A stretch of 64,000 nucleotides of DNA, from the IMG/VR virus record IMGVR_UViG_3300031413_000005, positions 32,001 through 96,000 of that record; one strand, given 5' to 3'. Source of the DNA: a virus. Positions 36,309-46,751 of the stretch are shown one piece after another. A model generated the notes under the pieces. That model was not told the DNA's origin and ran no database searches. It worked only from the letters and a program-made list of their open reading frames with translations. Every line of letters begins with the position of its first letter. Positions within the stretch are counted from its first letter, which is position 1. The position numbers and the translations under genes are program-made.

Positions 36309-36682
36309 TACAGCTCCTTCATCTCGAATGTTGGGGACCACATGCGGTTACGACCGATGATCTGGGGCTCCCAGTTCGGCTCCTTCTCGAAGCGCATCGT
36401 CCGGTAGAAGCCGTGGACATAGTCGTAATAGGTGAACGCCTCGGTCGTGAGGTGCGCATCCCAGAACGCCTTCAGCTTCAGATAGTCGTCGTGCGAGCAG
36501 CCGATGAAGCCGGTCTTGACGGTCTCGCGCGGCCGGCGCGTGGTGCGCTGCCGGCGAAACTCATAGCCGCCATCTGCATCTGCTCGAATGTCGTTGACCT
36601 CGACGCCAGGGACGTACTTGGACGGGCTCTCCCCTCGTTCGAGAAAGCCCGCCCCAACTCCCTTGATGGGAAACTGTGCCAT
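36308..36682 (-). CDS. Distal tail protein (lambda M-like)
   Basis: DGGYEFRR...FW...FTY; directly after the tape measure gene. Confidence 0.75.
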   Translation of the reverse strand: MAQFPIKGVGAGFLERGESPSKYVPGVEVNDIRADADGGYEFRRQRTTRRPRETVKTGFIGCSHDDYLKLKAFWDAHLTTEAFTYYDYVHGFYRTMRFEKEPNWEPQIIGRNRMWSPTFEMKEL

Positions 36683-36684
36683 TA

Positions 36685-39600
36685 CTAACCTGCTCCAAGC
36701 TGTTTGAGCGCGGTGCGGAGCGGGCCTTGCTTACTGGTCGCCTCGGTGACGATGCCGATGACCCAGTCCTTCCCGTTGAAGGACGGCTCGCTCGCTTCGG
36801 CCTCCATGTCCGTGCCGCTGTTGTTGATGAAGTCGATCTTAACCGACGGAGCGACACCGCCCCCGCCTGCGAGCCGTCGACCAAGGAGGTTCTGCTGATC
36901 TTCCGTCAGCATGAGCTCCTTTTCCTTGGCGATGATCGGATGCTCGCCTGGCTGGAGCGGTCGCTCACCGATAAAGCCGCCCGTGTGATACTTCGCGGCG
37001 TTCGCAAAGATGGCCGGGTTGACCCCGCTGACCGTCTTGAGAGCACCACCGATCACACCGCCCGTGTGGGCTACCGGGGTCTTTGCGGCCGAGTAACCGA
37101 TGCTGGACTTCGAGCCGTTATTCAGCCCCACGCCTGCCCCCATCTGACCCTTCAGGAACGAGCCCATGCTGACGTGCTTGCCGTCCGAGTTGTTCGCCAT
37201 GCCGATCGCCGAGAGGATTGCGTAGGCAATCATCGCCGTAAGGATCACCTTCATCAGGCTCTTGACCACACCCAGCACGAACTCACCGGTATTGAACTCG
37301 GCCTCACCGATGCCGTCGGCGTAGCTCGCCACGGCGTCGGCCATCGTCGACTGGATGCCCTGGCCCATCTTGGCCCAGTCGCGACCCATGCGAGTGATTG
37401 CGCCCTCGTTCTGGCGAGCAAGCTGCGCCTTCGAACCGCGGTCCCACTCAGCAAACGCCTTTTCCATATCGAGGCGACGCTGCGACCCGGCTGCGGTCAG
37501 CTCGATCAGGCGGCGCTGACGCGCGACCTCCAGCTCGTAGTTCTTCTGGCGCTGGTCGTTCTCCGACAGCAGGCTGTTCCGCATCTCGATCGCTGCATCG
37601 CTCCAGCCCTGGGCAATGTCGGCCGCGTCTGCGTCCTTGAAGTTCTGGACGATCTTGTCGATCGTGGCGTTCGCCGAAGCGAGATCGTCGCCCTTCAGTC
37701 CGTCGGTCAGACCAGCGAAGCGCGACGTGATCTGCGCGAGCCGCTTGTCGGTCTCCATCGTCCCCGACGAAAACGACTTCCACAGCGCATCGGCTTCGGT
37801 GCGTGACTTCGACAGTTCCGCGTCGAGCCGACCTGTGGATGCCTTCACGTCCTTCTGGCGATTGAGGCTCTCGACGATCTTCAGATACTCGCGCATCTGG
37901 TCGATCTTCTCCTGCGGCACGCCCTTAAACGCACCGGCCTCGAATTGAGCGTTGAAGCTGGCAAGGTCACCCTCGCCGCCCTGGAGCTCGTCGCGAAGCC
38001 CGGCGATCTTGCCCGCGAGGTTCGTCAGGCGCGTGTCGAGGTCGTCTGCTGCGTTTGCGGCGTCGGCCTGCCCACCCTTCGCGGCGGTCAGCGCATCCTT
38101 CATTGCCATCTGGCCGCGCACGACGTCGAGCTGAGCCTTGCTCCAGCCCTTATACTTCGGCGCACCAGCTGCGACCTCTGCGTTGAATTTCGCGAGGTTG
38201 CCGGCAGAGCCGTCCAGCTGAGCCTTGAGCTTGGCGACATTACCTGCACCCGCTGCCATAGCGGCCGGGAAGCTGCTCTTGCCGCCTCCACCACCGCTCA
38301 CGGCATTCGCGGTGCCTTCCAACGCGCCATTGGTCGCATCTGCCTGCTGCTTGAGCTGCCGAAGTGCCGAGATCATCGGACCCGACTTGAGACCCTTTGC
38401 CGTTCGAGCATCGACCATTGCCTGAAGGCTACCGATACGGTTCTGGAGATCGCCAGACGCCTTCTTGTCGTACTTGGCGCGCAGCTCCGCATCGATCGCA
38501 GCGATCTTCTTCTGATCGGTTACGCCCTTGGTGCGGATCTGCTGCTCGCGGACGTAGCTCTGCGAAAGACGGTCCAGGAAGGCGTCATGATCCGAGGTGA
38601 CCTTGTTTTGCCACTGCTGCTGCCGCTGCACATAGGCGGTCTGTTGACCCGCGGCGCGTGCGCCCACGAGGTCGTCATCCTCCTTCTTGATTTCAGCGAG
38701 GCGCTTCTTGCGCGAGGCGTCGTTGACGAACCAGGCGCCGTTGCCGGTGTTCTGGTGCGACTGACCGGATACGCCGATCCCCTTGCCCATGTCCTCGTTG
38801 AGCTCGCGAGCTTCCGCGGCCAGGTTCGCACGCTGCATGGCAACCTTTGCGGCGTCACCGGCTTCCTGGAACCCCTGACGCATGCGCTGCGCTGCTGCGG
38901 TCGCACGGTCAGCCGCGGTCTCGAACACGCCGAAAGCCGTTGCTGCCTGGTAGGCGAGCATCGCGATGATGCCGACCGGACCGAGCGCAAGGTTGACCGC
39001 GGCCCCGAGCGCGGTCGTTGCCACTGCGGCAACGCCGGTTGCAGCGCTATAGACGCCCTTGGCAAGCGCTGCTGCGCGCGTGGCGAGCGTCGACTCGACC
39101 GTCGATGCAGTCTCGGCATTCTGTGCTCGGACAAGCGCTGCCTCGGCCAGGATCTGGCGCTCGACGTTCGCGAGGATCTGGAACCCGACGCTGACCTTGC
39201 CCTTACCCGCGACAGCATTCCCAGCCATTGCGGCCGTCTCGCGAGAGATCGCAGCGGTGACGCCCGCGGTCGCCGTCGCAAGCCGTGCCTTGGCCGAAAT
39301 CTCCTGCGCGGTCTCTGCGCGGCCGGCGAGGCGACGAGCGCGCACTTCGCCTTCAACCCGTGAAAGGTTGGCTGCGGCGAGGGCTGCATTGCGCTGGGCT
39401 TGCGCAAGCTCGCTCTCCGCGATCGTCTGCTGCCGAAGCGCGGTGCGAATCTGCTGTGCGCGCTGTGTGCGGGTCAGGGCCGAGTTGTTGGCTGCGGCGT
39501 CGGCCTGGGCGCGAGCGACGGACAGACGCTCGATTGCGGCCTGCTCCTCCGCTGTCATGGCGATCGACTGAGCGCGAGCGGCCTGGATCGCCGGATCGGA

Positions 39601-41103
39601 CGCCATGTTCTTCGTCGCCTTGGCGATCGCCAGCTCGCGCACGCGGATCAGCTCTTGCTCGGCTGCTGCTGCGGCTGCGCGTGCCATGACGACATTCTGC
39701 GATGCGGCGAGCTGGCCTGCGCGCGAAGCGGCGTTCTGCGCGGCCTGCGTGGCGCGAAGCTGCGTCTCCTGCAACTTGAGCAGGACCAGTCGATTGTTCT
39801 CGTTCACGACGGCCTGGGCGGCGCCCGCGGCTGCTGCGCGTGCGCGCTGAGCTTCAGCCTGCGCGGACCCAAGGATCGTCACCCGGCCCGTCGCGACCGC
39901 CATGTTGTAGCGGATCTGCGCAACGGTGCCGTTGTCGACGCCCGAGAACAACGTGCGCATGTTTGCGCCGAGATTCGTCAGGTAGCCGGCGAGATTGTTC
40001 AGCATCTGGCCGAGCGAGTTCGCCCACGCCAGGCCCGTCTTCATCGCCCAGACGGTCGCGAGCGCCTTTGCGGCAAAGCCCACCTGATCCTTGAACTGGA
40101 CCACGGTCTTGATGACCGACACCAGCAGGCCCGCGACATTGCCGACACCCGCGCCGAACGACGCCAGGAACGACCGGGCCTCGGTCGAGCGCATGAGCGT
40201 GTTGAGCTGCTTCATCTCCCCGACGACGCGGCCGAAGAAGCTGTCTTTTTGACCCATGCCGGTGAAGTCGGTGGTGAGCTGCGCCCAATTCGACTTCACC
40301 TGCGCCATCTGGCCGAACAGGGTGTTTGCGAGCTTCTCGCCCGAGCCGTGGTAGACGCGCTCCATCTCGGCGAACATCGCGGCAAGCGCTGGCTTGGCCT
40401 GGACGGTCCCCTTCTGGATCATCTTGGCGAGTTCGGGCATCGACTTGCCCATGGCACGCGCCATCAGGCTCATAGCCGACGGCACCGCTTCACCCAGCTG
40501 CTGGCGAAGTTCTTCCATCGAGATGACGCCCTTGCCGGCCATCTGCTGGATCGCGATCGCGGCGCGGTTGAGGGTGTCACTGTTACCGCCGAACGCCGCG
40601 GTCGCGTCGACCAAGCCACGGAGCGAACCGTTCATCGGGTCGATGCCGCCCGACTTGATCTTGACGAACGACTGCGCGAGTTCCTGGACTGCAAAGCCCG
40701 AGGTGCGCGCGATCTGGTAGAGCGACGAAAGGCTCTGCTGCGCTTCCTTGCTCTTGCCGATGTCGGTGGTTGCGGTCGACAGGCCCTTCATGAGGACCGT
40801 CAGGCGCTCGATCTCGCCCGCCTGCTTGAAGATCGCGCCCAGCCAGCCGACCGAGACGTCCTTCAGCGTGAGGAATGCGGAGCGCGCCTGGCCCAAGATG
40901 ACCATCAGGTCGCGCAAGCGGGCGGTGGGCGAGGACATCGAACGCCCGACGTTGCCCATCGTGGCGCTGAAGCGATTGGCCTCGAGCCCGGTCGAACGTA
41001 CCGCACCGCCGAAGTTCAGGACGTCGCCCTTGGCGCCCGAGAGTTTGCCGTTCCACCGCGAGGTATCGAGATCGAGGACGACGCTTAGTTTACGGACGGC
41101 CAT
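36685..41103 (-). CDS. Tape measure protein
   Basis: About 1470 aa, Ala-rich helical; IQQMAGKGVISMEELRQQLGEAVP; C-terminal HTGG repeats. Confidence 0.93.
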   Translation of the reverse strand: MAVRKLSVVLDLDTSRWNGKLSGAKGDVLNFGGAVRSTGLEANRFSATMGNVGRSMSSPTARLRDLMVILGQARSAFLTLKDVSVGWLGAIFKQAGEIERLTVLMKGLSTATTDIGKSKEAQQSLSSLYQIARTSGFAVQELAQSFVKIKSGGIDPMNGSLRGLVDATAAFGGNSDTLNRAAIAIQQMAGKGVISMEELRQQLGEAVPSAMSLMARAMGKSMPELAKMIQKGTVQAKPALAAMFAEMERVYHGSGEKLANTLFGQMAQVKSNWAQLTTDFTGMGQKDSFFGRVVGEMKQLNTLMRSTEARSFLASFGAGVGNVAGLLVSVIKTVVQFKDQVGFAAKALATVWAMKTGLAWANSLGQMLNNLAGYLTNLGANMRTLFSGVDNGTVAQIRYNMAVATGRVTILGSAQAEAQRARAAAAGAAQAVVNENNRLVLLKLQETQLRATQAAQNAASRAGQLAASQNVVMARAAAAAAEQELIRVRELAIAKATKNMASDPAIQAARAQSIAMTAEEQAAIERLSVARAQADAAANNSALTRTQRAQQIRTALRQQTIAESELAQAQRNAALAAANLSRVEGEVRARRLAGRAETAQEISAKARLATATAGVTAAISRETAAMAGNAVAGKGKVSVGFQILANVERQILAEAALVRAQNAETASTVESTLATRAAALAKGVYSAATGVAAVATTALGAAVNLALGPVGIIAMLAYQAATAFGVFETAADRATAAAQRMRQGFQEAGDAAKVAMQRANLAAEARELNEDMGKGIGVSGQSHQNTGNGAWFVNDASRKKRLAEIKKEDDDLVGARAAGQQTAYVQRQQQWQNKVTSDHDAFLDRLSQSYVREQQIRTKGVTDQKKIAAIDAELRAKYDKKASGDLQNRIGSLQAMVDARTAKGLKSGPMISALRQLKQQADATNGALEGTANAVSGGGGGKSSFPAAMAAGAGNVAKLKAQLDGSAGNLAKFNAEVAAGAPKYKGWSKAQLDVVRGQMAMKDALTAAKGGQADAANAADDLDTRLTNLAGKIAGLRDELQGGEGDLASFNAQFEAGAFKGVPQEKIDQMREYLKIVESLNRQKDVKASTGRLDAELSKSRTEADALWKSFSSGTMETDKRLAQITSRFAGLTDGLKGDDLASANATIDKIVQNFKDADAADIAQGWSDAAIEMRNSLLSENDQRQKNYELEVARQRRLIELTAAGSQRRLDMEKAFAEWDRGSKAQLARQNEGAITRMGRDWAKMGQGIQSTMADAVASYADGIGEAEFNTGEFVLGVVKSLMKVILTAMIAYAILSAIGMANNSDGKHVSMGSFLKGQMGAGVGLNNGSKSSIGYSAAKTPVAHTGGVIGGALKTVSGVNPAIFANAAKYHTGGFIGERPLQPGEHPIIAKEKELMLTEDQQNLLGRRLAGGGGVAPSVKIDFINNSGTDMEAEASEPSFNGKDWVIGIVTEATSKQGPLRTALKQLGAG

Positions 41104-41121
41104 CGGTTGATCTCGATCCAC

Positions 41122-41445
41122 TCACTTGCTGTTGAAATTGGCCTGCATTTCGAGGAACTTGGCCTCGTCGAAGCCCTTGATGACGAGCATCGGCGAGCCG
41201 ACCTCGGCGCGCAGGCTGGCAAAGAGCTCCTTCGCCGTGTCGCCGGAGCTGGCCGCGATCAGGAGCTGAAGGGTGCGCTGGTCACGCTCGGCCTGAAGGC
41301 GATCGATCTGCTTGTTGGCGGACCAGAACGACTTCAGGGGAAGCGACAGAACCTGCGTGTGTGTCAGCCCGTATGCACTTGCTACGCGCCAGAAGAAGAA
41401 GGGGAGATCGACTGATTCCAGCCGGTCTCCCTCTAGGCGTTTCCC
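41122..41445 (-). CDS. Tail assembly chaperone frameshift extension (gpGT-like), not in ORF track
   Basis: Slippery G GGA AAC at 41439-41445. The -1 frame is open to the TGA at 41122 and reads KRLEGDRLESVDLPFFFWRVASAYGL...FNSK. Confidence 0.8.
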   Translation of the reverse strand, partial: GKRLEGDRLESVDLPFFFWRVASAYGLTHTQVLSLPLKSFWSANKQIDRLQAERDQRTLQLLIAASSGDTAKELFASLRAEVGSPMLVIKGFDEAKFLEMQANFNSK

Positions 41446-41867
41446 TCGGCGTCCGTCGCACCTTCAGCGCCGGCATCGTTCATGTCCTGGCTCATCTGGT
41501 TGAGCCAGGCGAAGATCGTGAACAACTTGGGGACCGGCAGCTGGTTGACCGGCAGCGTGGGGAAGAACGAGATGACGGCGTCGCGAATGACTTCGACGGC
41601 CTTCAGCTCGGCGTCCTGCGCTTCCTCGACGGTCGCGTCGGGCGAGTTCGCGGCGAGCTCGACCAGGCGCTCGTGCTCCTGGGCGCGAGCCTGCTGCTCG
41701 ACGAAGCCTTCGACGGTGAGGATCACCATCGCGTGCTCGACGCCTTGATGCTTGATCTTGATGTCCGACTCTGTGGTCGGCATCTCGTCGAGGTTGAGGT
41801 AACGGGGGCCAGTGCTGGTCAAGGGAATACCGTGCTGTTCGAAGGTGGGCGGGGTGACCGAAGTCAC
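41433..41867 (-). CDS. Tail assembly chaperone (gpG-like)
   Basis: Lies between the tail tube and tape measure genes; ends EGNA at the slippery site. Confidence 0.8.
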   Translation of the reverse strand: MTSVTPPTFEQHGIPLTSTGPRYLNLDEMPTTESDIKIKHQGVEHAMVILTVEGFVEQQARAQEHERLVELAANSPDATVEEAQDAELKAVEVIRDAVISFFPTLPVNQLPVPKLFTIFAWLNQMSQDMNDAGAEGATDAEGNA

Positions 41868-41876
41868 CCCGACGGG

Positions 41877-42419
41877 TTAGGCTGCGGTGAGCGCCGGATC
41901 GCCGAAGACGCAGAGCGTGTCGGTGGTCAGGTCCACGTAGCCCGTGAACTCGACGTTGAAGATGCGCTGGTCGTCGACCTTGTAGGCGAAGGTCATGTCG
42001 CCCTTGCTGTTCGCGATCGGCACGACGAAGTCGCGGCTCTTGTCGGTGTCGGGCATGCCCTTGGGATGCAGGACGAGAATGCCGGCCGACTTGCGCAGCG
42101 ATGCGCCAACACCCGAGCCGAGCGTCAGCTTCTTCTTGGTGCCGTTGGTGACGAGCGTCGCGCCCGGCGTCACCGCGAGCAGCTTGTCGAGATCGCGCTC
42201 TGCCATCGGCACCTTCACGGTGACCTTACGGCCCTTGATGACTTCGTCGATCGCGGTCTCGCCGAACTGGTCAGCGGTAATCATCGTGGACTCGGTCGCG
42301 ATGGCAACTTCGCAGCCGCCCTTGGTGAGGCCGAGGTTCACGCCCTTAAAGGTGGGCGTGCATGGACCCATCTCGAGGTTTTCAAAATTGGTGGCGTCAG
42401 CCATTTCAGACATCTCCAA
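41877..42419 (-). CDS. Major tail (tube) protein
   Basis: LGLTKGG, DQFGET; position between tail terminator and chaperone. Confidence 0.85.
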   Translation of the reverse strand: MEMSEMADATNFENLEMGPCTPTFKGVNLGLTKGGCEVAIATESTMITADQFGETAIDEVIKGRKVTVKVPMAERDLDKLLAVTPGATLVTNGTKKKLTLGSGVGASLRKSAGILVLHPKGMPDTDKSRDFVVPIANSKGDMTFAYKVDDQRIFNVEFTGYVDLTTDTLCVFGDPALTAA

Positions 42420-42456
42420 GTCGGTTTTGATCGTTCGGATCTATTTAGCAGTGGCA

Positions 42457-42492
42457 ATAATAACACAGTGCATGCGTGTGGTCTACCATGCA
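42457..42492 (-). promoter_or_regulatory. Element plus -10 promoter for the tail tube gene
   Basis: Element-CTGTGT-TATTAT, the same 6-nt spacing as the other three. Confidence 0.6.
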
Positions 42493-42494
42493 CG

Positions 42495-42884
42495 TCAGTC
42501 GGGCTTTTGACCCCAGCTGATGATGAACGGGATTCCCCATTCGACAGTGCCCGCGTCGCTGCGCGGGTACGCGATGGGCCGGGTTCGGGGGCGGCAATCG
42601 GTGATCCAGATCTCCCCCGACTGCTCGCGGCCGATCGTCAGGGCAGACGAGATGGTCTTGCACTTCTCGAATGCGGCTCTGCCATCGCCGCCACGGACCA
42701 CTACCAGGAACTCGCTGGAGTAGAAGTCGGGCTGTTCCGGGTTGATCGGATCGCCCGTCAGCGGGCCGCGGATCATGATGCCGTTCTGGACGTCCGCTGG
42801 CAGGGTGAACATGAACAGGTCGTCGCCAGCGGCCGCTACGCCAGTTGCTTCGATCAGCTCCGCGATGCGCATAAGGTGGATCAC
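42495..42884 (-). CDS. Tail terminator / completion protein
   Basis: Size and synteny. Confidence 0.65.
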   Translation of the reverse strand: MIHLMRIAELIEATGVAAAGDDLFMFTLPADVQNGIMIRGPLTGDPINPEQPDFYSSEFLVVVRGGDGRAAFEKCKTISSALTIGREQSGEIWITDCRPRTRPIAYPRSDAGTVEWGIPFIISWGQKPD

Positions 42885-43309
42885 AACAGGTCTCCCATGA
42901 TTTCGTCGATCAGGTCTTCGGGAAGGTCGTCGGAGAACTCGTCGAATGCCCGCTCAAGAAAGTGCGGACCGACCTGGGAGCCTTTGGCGATCGAGCGGTC
43001 GCCCAGCTTCTCGAACAGTCCCTCCTCGATGATCGATGCGTATTTATCGACATCGGTGCGAGTCAGGCCGGTCGCGCCCACCTGAACGGTCGTCACGATA
43101 CGGCGATTCTCAGCCTTCTCCTCAACGATCTCGTGCGCTGCCTCCAGATCGCCGCGAAGGATCGGTGCGTTCTTGACCGACTGGTCTTTCACCTTCTTGG
43201 CAACGCGGCGCATTGCGCGAAGCGCCCGAGCACTGGTGCGATCACCGACACGCTCGAACGTCGCGCCGACATCACTGGCGCCCTCGCCTGGCTTGAACGT
43301 GAAGCTCAC
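42881..43309 (-). CDS. HK97 gp10-like tail completion protein
   Basis: APILRGDL, YASIIEEG, PHFLERAF. Confidence 0.8.
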   Translation of the reverse strand: MSFTFKPGEGASDVGATFERVGDRTSARALRAMRRVAKKVKDQSVKNAPILRGDLEAAHEIVEEKAENRRIVTTVQVGATGLTRTDVDKYASIIEEGLFEKLGDRSIAKGSQVGPHFLERAFDEFSDDLPEDLIDEIMGDLL

Positions 43310-43656
43310 GTCGCCAGCTCCTGGATAACACCGGCCACTTCGATGTGGTCGAGCTTGCCGGCGACATTGAAACGCGGGACGACTTTGGTGACGCGGATTT
43401 GGACGCCGGAGACGGTCAGGACGTAGTTGATCGCGACCTTGACGGTTGTCGGGAACAGGATGACAGCCGCTGCCTCTTGCTGCTCTGCGGCGCCGCGGCT
43501 TGCGCTGCTATCGGCGCGCACCGACGTCGTCAGCGCGGTCGTCTCCAGCTTCACGATCGAACAGGGCACGCGGACGGGCTTCGTCAGGCGAGGTTTGCTG
43601 AATAGGTCACGCCCCGCGGGGCGGCTCAACAGGCACTTGTTGTTCGGTCGGAACAC
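43306..43656 (-). CDS. Head closure (stopper) protein
   Basis: 116 aa, beta-rich; synteny. Confidence 0.6.
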   Translation of the reverse strand: MFRPNNKCLLSRPAGRDLFSKPRLTKPVRVPCSIVKLETTALTTSVRADSSASRGAAEQQEAAAVILFPTTVKVAINYVLTVSGVQIRVTKVVPRFNVAGKLDHIEVAGVIQELAT

Positions 43657-43659
43657 GGC

Positions 43660-44406
43660 TCACTCCACCATCGAAAGGAATGCGTCGGACGATGGATGAA
43701 ACACCTCGTCGCGGACGTCGTAATAGCTCTCCCCTGCCCCTTCGACGTCGTGGACCGCGATGATTTCGCCGTGCCATTTGTGTTGCGGGTTCGGGTGGTT
43801 GATCTGGACCTCGGTGACGCCAGCTTCAGACATCGCGTAGAGGAAGGCTTCGTTGCTGGTCGTCAGCAGGTGATGGCGATATTGGTCACGCACATGCTTC
43901 GCGGACGAGTAGCTCCGGCCCATGCGATCGATGAACCGGAACTCGGGACCTTGGCGCCGCATCAGCAGCGCAGCAGCTAGAGCGATCTCCTTCGGCTTGC
44001 CCGCGCGCGCGGCCATGTCGAGCCGGATGCCTGTCGAGTTGACCTCGCGAACCATCGTGGAGATGTCGCGTGCAGCTTGCGCAGCGAGTATCTCGACCAA
44101 ATAGTCCCCGGTGTTGCCGAAGTGCGTGTGAAGCTCTGTCGGTGCTTCAGGGGCGATCTGCCCGGTCGCCCGTGCTGCATCGTCGTATGCCTGGAGACCG
44201 AGACCGTAGGTGTCGATGCGAATGACCTCTGCCTCGTCAGCAAGCCATTCCCGGGCCTGGTCCTTGGCGTTGTCGGCCGCGGTCAGTCGCGTCGAACCGT
44301 GCGTGGGGTCGTCAGCGACTGCCAATTCGAACTGGCGGCGCAAGAGGTCGAGGAGCGCCTGGTAGCGCGCGGTCGCATCGAGCGCCCGCTGGGTGATCGG
44401 ATTCAT
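43660..44406 (-). CDS. Minor head / head morphogenesis protein
   Basis: FIDRMGRSY...W.G...VFHPSS pattern resembling the phage minor capsid family. Confidence 0.6.
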   Translation of the reverse strand: MNPITQRALDATARYQALLDLLRRQFELAVADDPTHGSTRLTAADNAKDQAREWLADEAEVIRIDTYGLGLQAYDDAARATGQIAPEAPTELHTHFGNTGDYLVEILAAQAARDISTMVREVNSTGIRLDMAARAGKPKEIALAAALLMRRQGPEFRFIDRMGRSYSSAKHVRDQYRHHLLTTSNEAFLYAMSEAGVTEVQINHPNPQHKWHGEIIAVHDVEGAGESYYDVRDEVFHPSSDAFLSMVE

Positions 44407-45206
44407 CCGCGCGTCAGTTCGATCCGTCGATAGATGTAACCGGACAGCTCACGGTTAGCCGACCGCGACAGCGGCATGTCGAGCGCCGGCCGCGAGTTGA
44501 ACATCATCGAGCTTTCGCCCGTCGTCTCGGACAGGATGCCGTCTGCGCGCCGCTTCCCGATGATGTCGCCGCCCAGGAGGTTGTCGGCTTCAAGCAGCTG
44601 CGCGCGCTTGAGCGCGGTCAGGAACCGCTCGGGCAATGCCTTGAACTTGTCGACGGGCATGCGCGCGATGTCGGTCACGAGATACGCGACGCCCATTCCG
44701 CCCAGATAGTCCGTGTCTTCGTACCCGGCATACTGGCTCGGATCGTCAGGCGTCAGCTTGAACGACAGGCGCGAGATCTTGTGGAACGCGTGCTCCATCG
44801 CCTGCGTGCGCTCGGTGGTCGTGGCGACGTCCCAGCCGTCCAGCAGGCCACCAAAGCTCTCGCGCAGCACGATCGACTGCCCCATCGTCTGGAAGCTGTT
44901 CTCGAGCATGGCGAGGATCGTCGACTTGGTGACGAGGTAGAAGGTGTCGACCACGACGTCGCCACTCTCGGTCGCGAACGTCACCCGCAGGTTGCGCGCT
45001 TCACGCACCTCGGTAATCGCGTTGTGGGCACCGGGAATGAGGACCGAGACGGCGTTCTGGTCGAGCGCCCCGTCACCGGATGCAATCTCGACTTCGTCCT
45101 GGTCGAACAGACGCCAAGTCGCTGCGGTAGCCGCGATCGCGCCCCCGGTGTCGTCCTGAAGCGGAACGGTGATCGCAAGCGGCGAGGCGTCTGTTACCCG
45201 CTGCAT
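44403..45206 (-). CDS. Head-tail adaptor
   Basis: KRAQLLEA...GILSETTGESS; synteny. Confidence 0.65.
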   Translation of the reverse strand: MQRVTDASPLAITVPLQDDTGGAIAATAATWRLFDQDEVEIASGDGALDQNAVSVLIPGAHNAITEVREARNLRVTFATESGDVVVDTFYLVTKSTILAMLENSFQTMGQSIVLRESFGGLLDGWDVATTTERTQAMEHAFHKISRLSFKLTPDDPSQYAGYEDTDYLGGMGVAYLVTDIARMPVDKFKALPERFLTALKRAQLLEADNLLGGDIIGKRRADGILSETTGESSMMFNSRPALDMPLSRSANRELSGYIYRRIELTRG

Positions 45207-45742
45207 TACGCTGCCAGTGCCTTCGCCTGAGCCTTCAGGATCGCAGCGACGAGCTCGGTGACCGATCGACCCTTCACGTTGTCCATGGTCTCCGCGATCG
45301 CGCGCAGGCCGGCGATGCCGTCGTTGGCGCCGATGCCCTCGAGCTCCATGCGCGTGTAGACGACAGGCGTCTCGGACTCGATCTTGGCGCGGGCCGACGC
45401 AAGCGCTTCGGCTTCAGCTGCGGCCTTCTCGGCTTCAGCTGCGGCGTTCTTCTCGGCTTCCTCGCGCTCGGCCTGGATGCGCAGCACGCTTTCCACACCG
45501 GTCTCGGTATGCGCGCGGACGGGCATGTCATCGCCGCGGATATTGAACAGCGTGGCGGCAGGCCCGACCTGGCCGACATTCTCGCCGTCCTCGTCGACTT
45601 CCTCGATCGACAGGCTGCAACCGATACGCATGACGAGGCGACGATCGACATCTGCGACCGAGACGCCGTCCTGAAACATGGTGCCGCCAGCGAGCGGGCC
45701 GGTGAAGTTCTCCCAACCGGGCGAGGTGATACGGATCTTCAA
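45206..45742 (-). CDS. Hypothetical virion-associated protein
   Basis: TTG start (MKIRITSPGW) after GAAGGA; HeH-like C-terminus GLRAIAE...VKGRSVTELVAAIL. Confidence 0.6.
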   Translation of the reverse strand: MKIRITSPGWENFTGPLAGGTMFQDGVSVADVDRRLVMRIGCSLSIEEVDEDGENVGQVGPAATLFNIRGDDMPVRAHTETGVESVLRIQAEREEAEKNAAAEAEKAAAEAEALASARAKIESETPVVYTRMELEGIGANDGIAGLRAIAETMDNVKGRSVTELVAAILKAQAKALAA

Positions 45743-45764
45743 ATGGATTTCCTTCTCTGAAACG

Positions 45765-45794
45765 AAAAGGGCGGGACCTTTCGGCCCCGCCCCT
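45765..45794 (-). terminator. Rho-independent terminator after the major capsid gene
   Basis: GC stem, GAAA loop, then TTTT on the minus strand. Confidence 0.8.
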
Positions 45795-45833
45795 GTTGAG
45801 ACCTGCATGTGTGGTGGACACCACACACACGGA

Positions 45834-46751
45834 TCAAATGTTGGTGACACCACCCAGGCGGGCCAGCGACTTCGTCGACTTCAGCGCCAGGCCGGTGTAC
45901 CACTTCACGCGGTAGCGCTCGGCGTCCTTGTTCTGGACCGGGCCGACCGAGCTCACCCGAACGCCTGCGGTGGGACCACCGAAGATGCCGTGGACGCCGT
46001 CGGCTTCGTTGAAGCGCGCTGCGTAGATCGAGCAGGTCGTCGGGGCCGCGCCGCGCACTTCCTTGTCCGACAGGAAGTCGTTGATGATGATCGGGACCGA
46101 ACGATACGACGGGACCGAGATCTTGCGATCACCACCCAGCGAGATCGTGACGTGCTCGGGGTTGGTGCCGCCCAGCTGGCGCAGCATCGCGGCGATCGCG
46201 TCGGTCGTGCCACCGCGCATCACCAGCGCGTCCGCACCGAGCGGGATCATACGGAGCAGACGATCGAGGTTCTCGAAGGTCAGCGCGCCGCCATTGCCAC
46301 CCGAGCCGGCATAGAAGGTCTGGTCCGCCGTCACGAGACGCTGGATGCCGTCGAACTCCTTGTTGCGGGCCGAGTTGTCGCCCTGGACCAGCGTGCGCTG
46401 GAACTTGCGGCTCATGCCCTTCACCTTGGCGGCGATCTGAACGGCCGTCTGGTCGTTCGTCTCCGACATGGTCTCGTCGAGGAAGTTGTCGACGTCGACG
46501 TCGCCGATCAGGATGCGGAGCTTCGCCACGACTTCCTGGAACGTCGAAGCGCTCTCGTTGATCGTGTCGTTCGGATCGAGGAAATCACCCTCGGCCAGCT
46601 CGAGCTCGCGGTCGTAGATGTAGCCCTTGCCCTGGATGCGCATGAAGGGCAGCATCGCGAACATGGCATCGTTGTCGATGATCTCCTCGATCACGCCCCG
46701 CTCGAGGGTCGTGGTCGAGAGCTTCTCGGCTTCCACACGAAGCAAAGGCAT
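45834..46751 (-). CDS. Major capsid protein (HK97 fold)
   Basis: 305 aa; GDVDVD, EFDGI, YRSVPI, RVKWYTGL; strong AGGAGA RBS; follows the scaffold gene. Confidence 0.9.
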   Translation of the reverse strand: MPLLRVEAEKLSTTTLERGVIEEIIDNDAMFAMLPFMRIQGKGYIYDRELELAEGDFLDPNDTINESASTFQEVVAKLRILIGDVDVDNFLDETMSETNDQTAVQIAAKVKGMSRKFQRTLVQGDNSARNKEFDGIQRLVTADQTFYAGSGGNGGALTFENLDRLLRMIPLGADALVMRGGTTDAIAAMLRQLGGTNPEHVTISLGGDRKISVPSYRSVPIIINDFLSDKEVRGAAPTTCSIYAARFNEADGVHGIFGGPTAGVRVSSVGPVQNKDAERYRVKWYTGLALKSTKSLARLGGVTNI

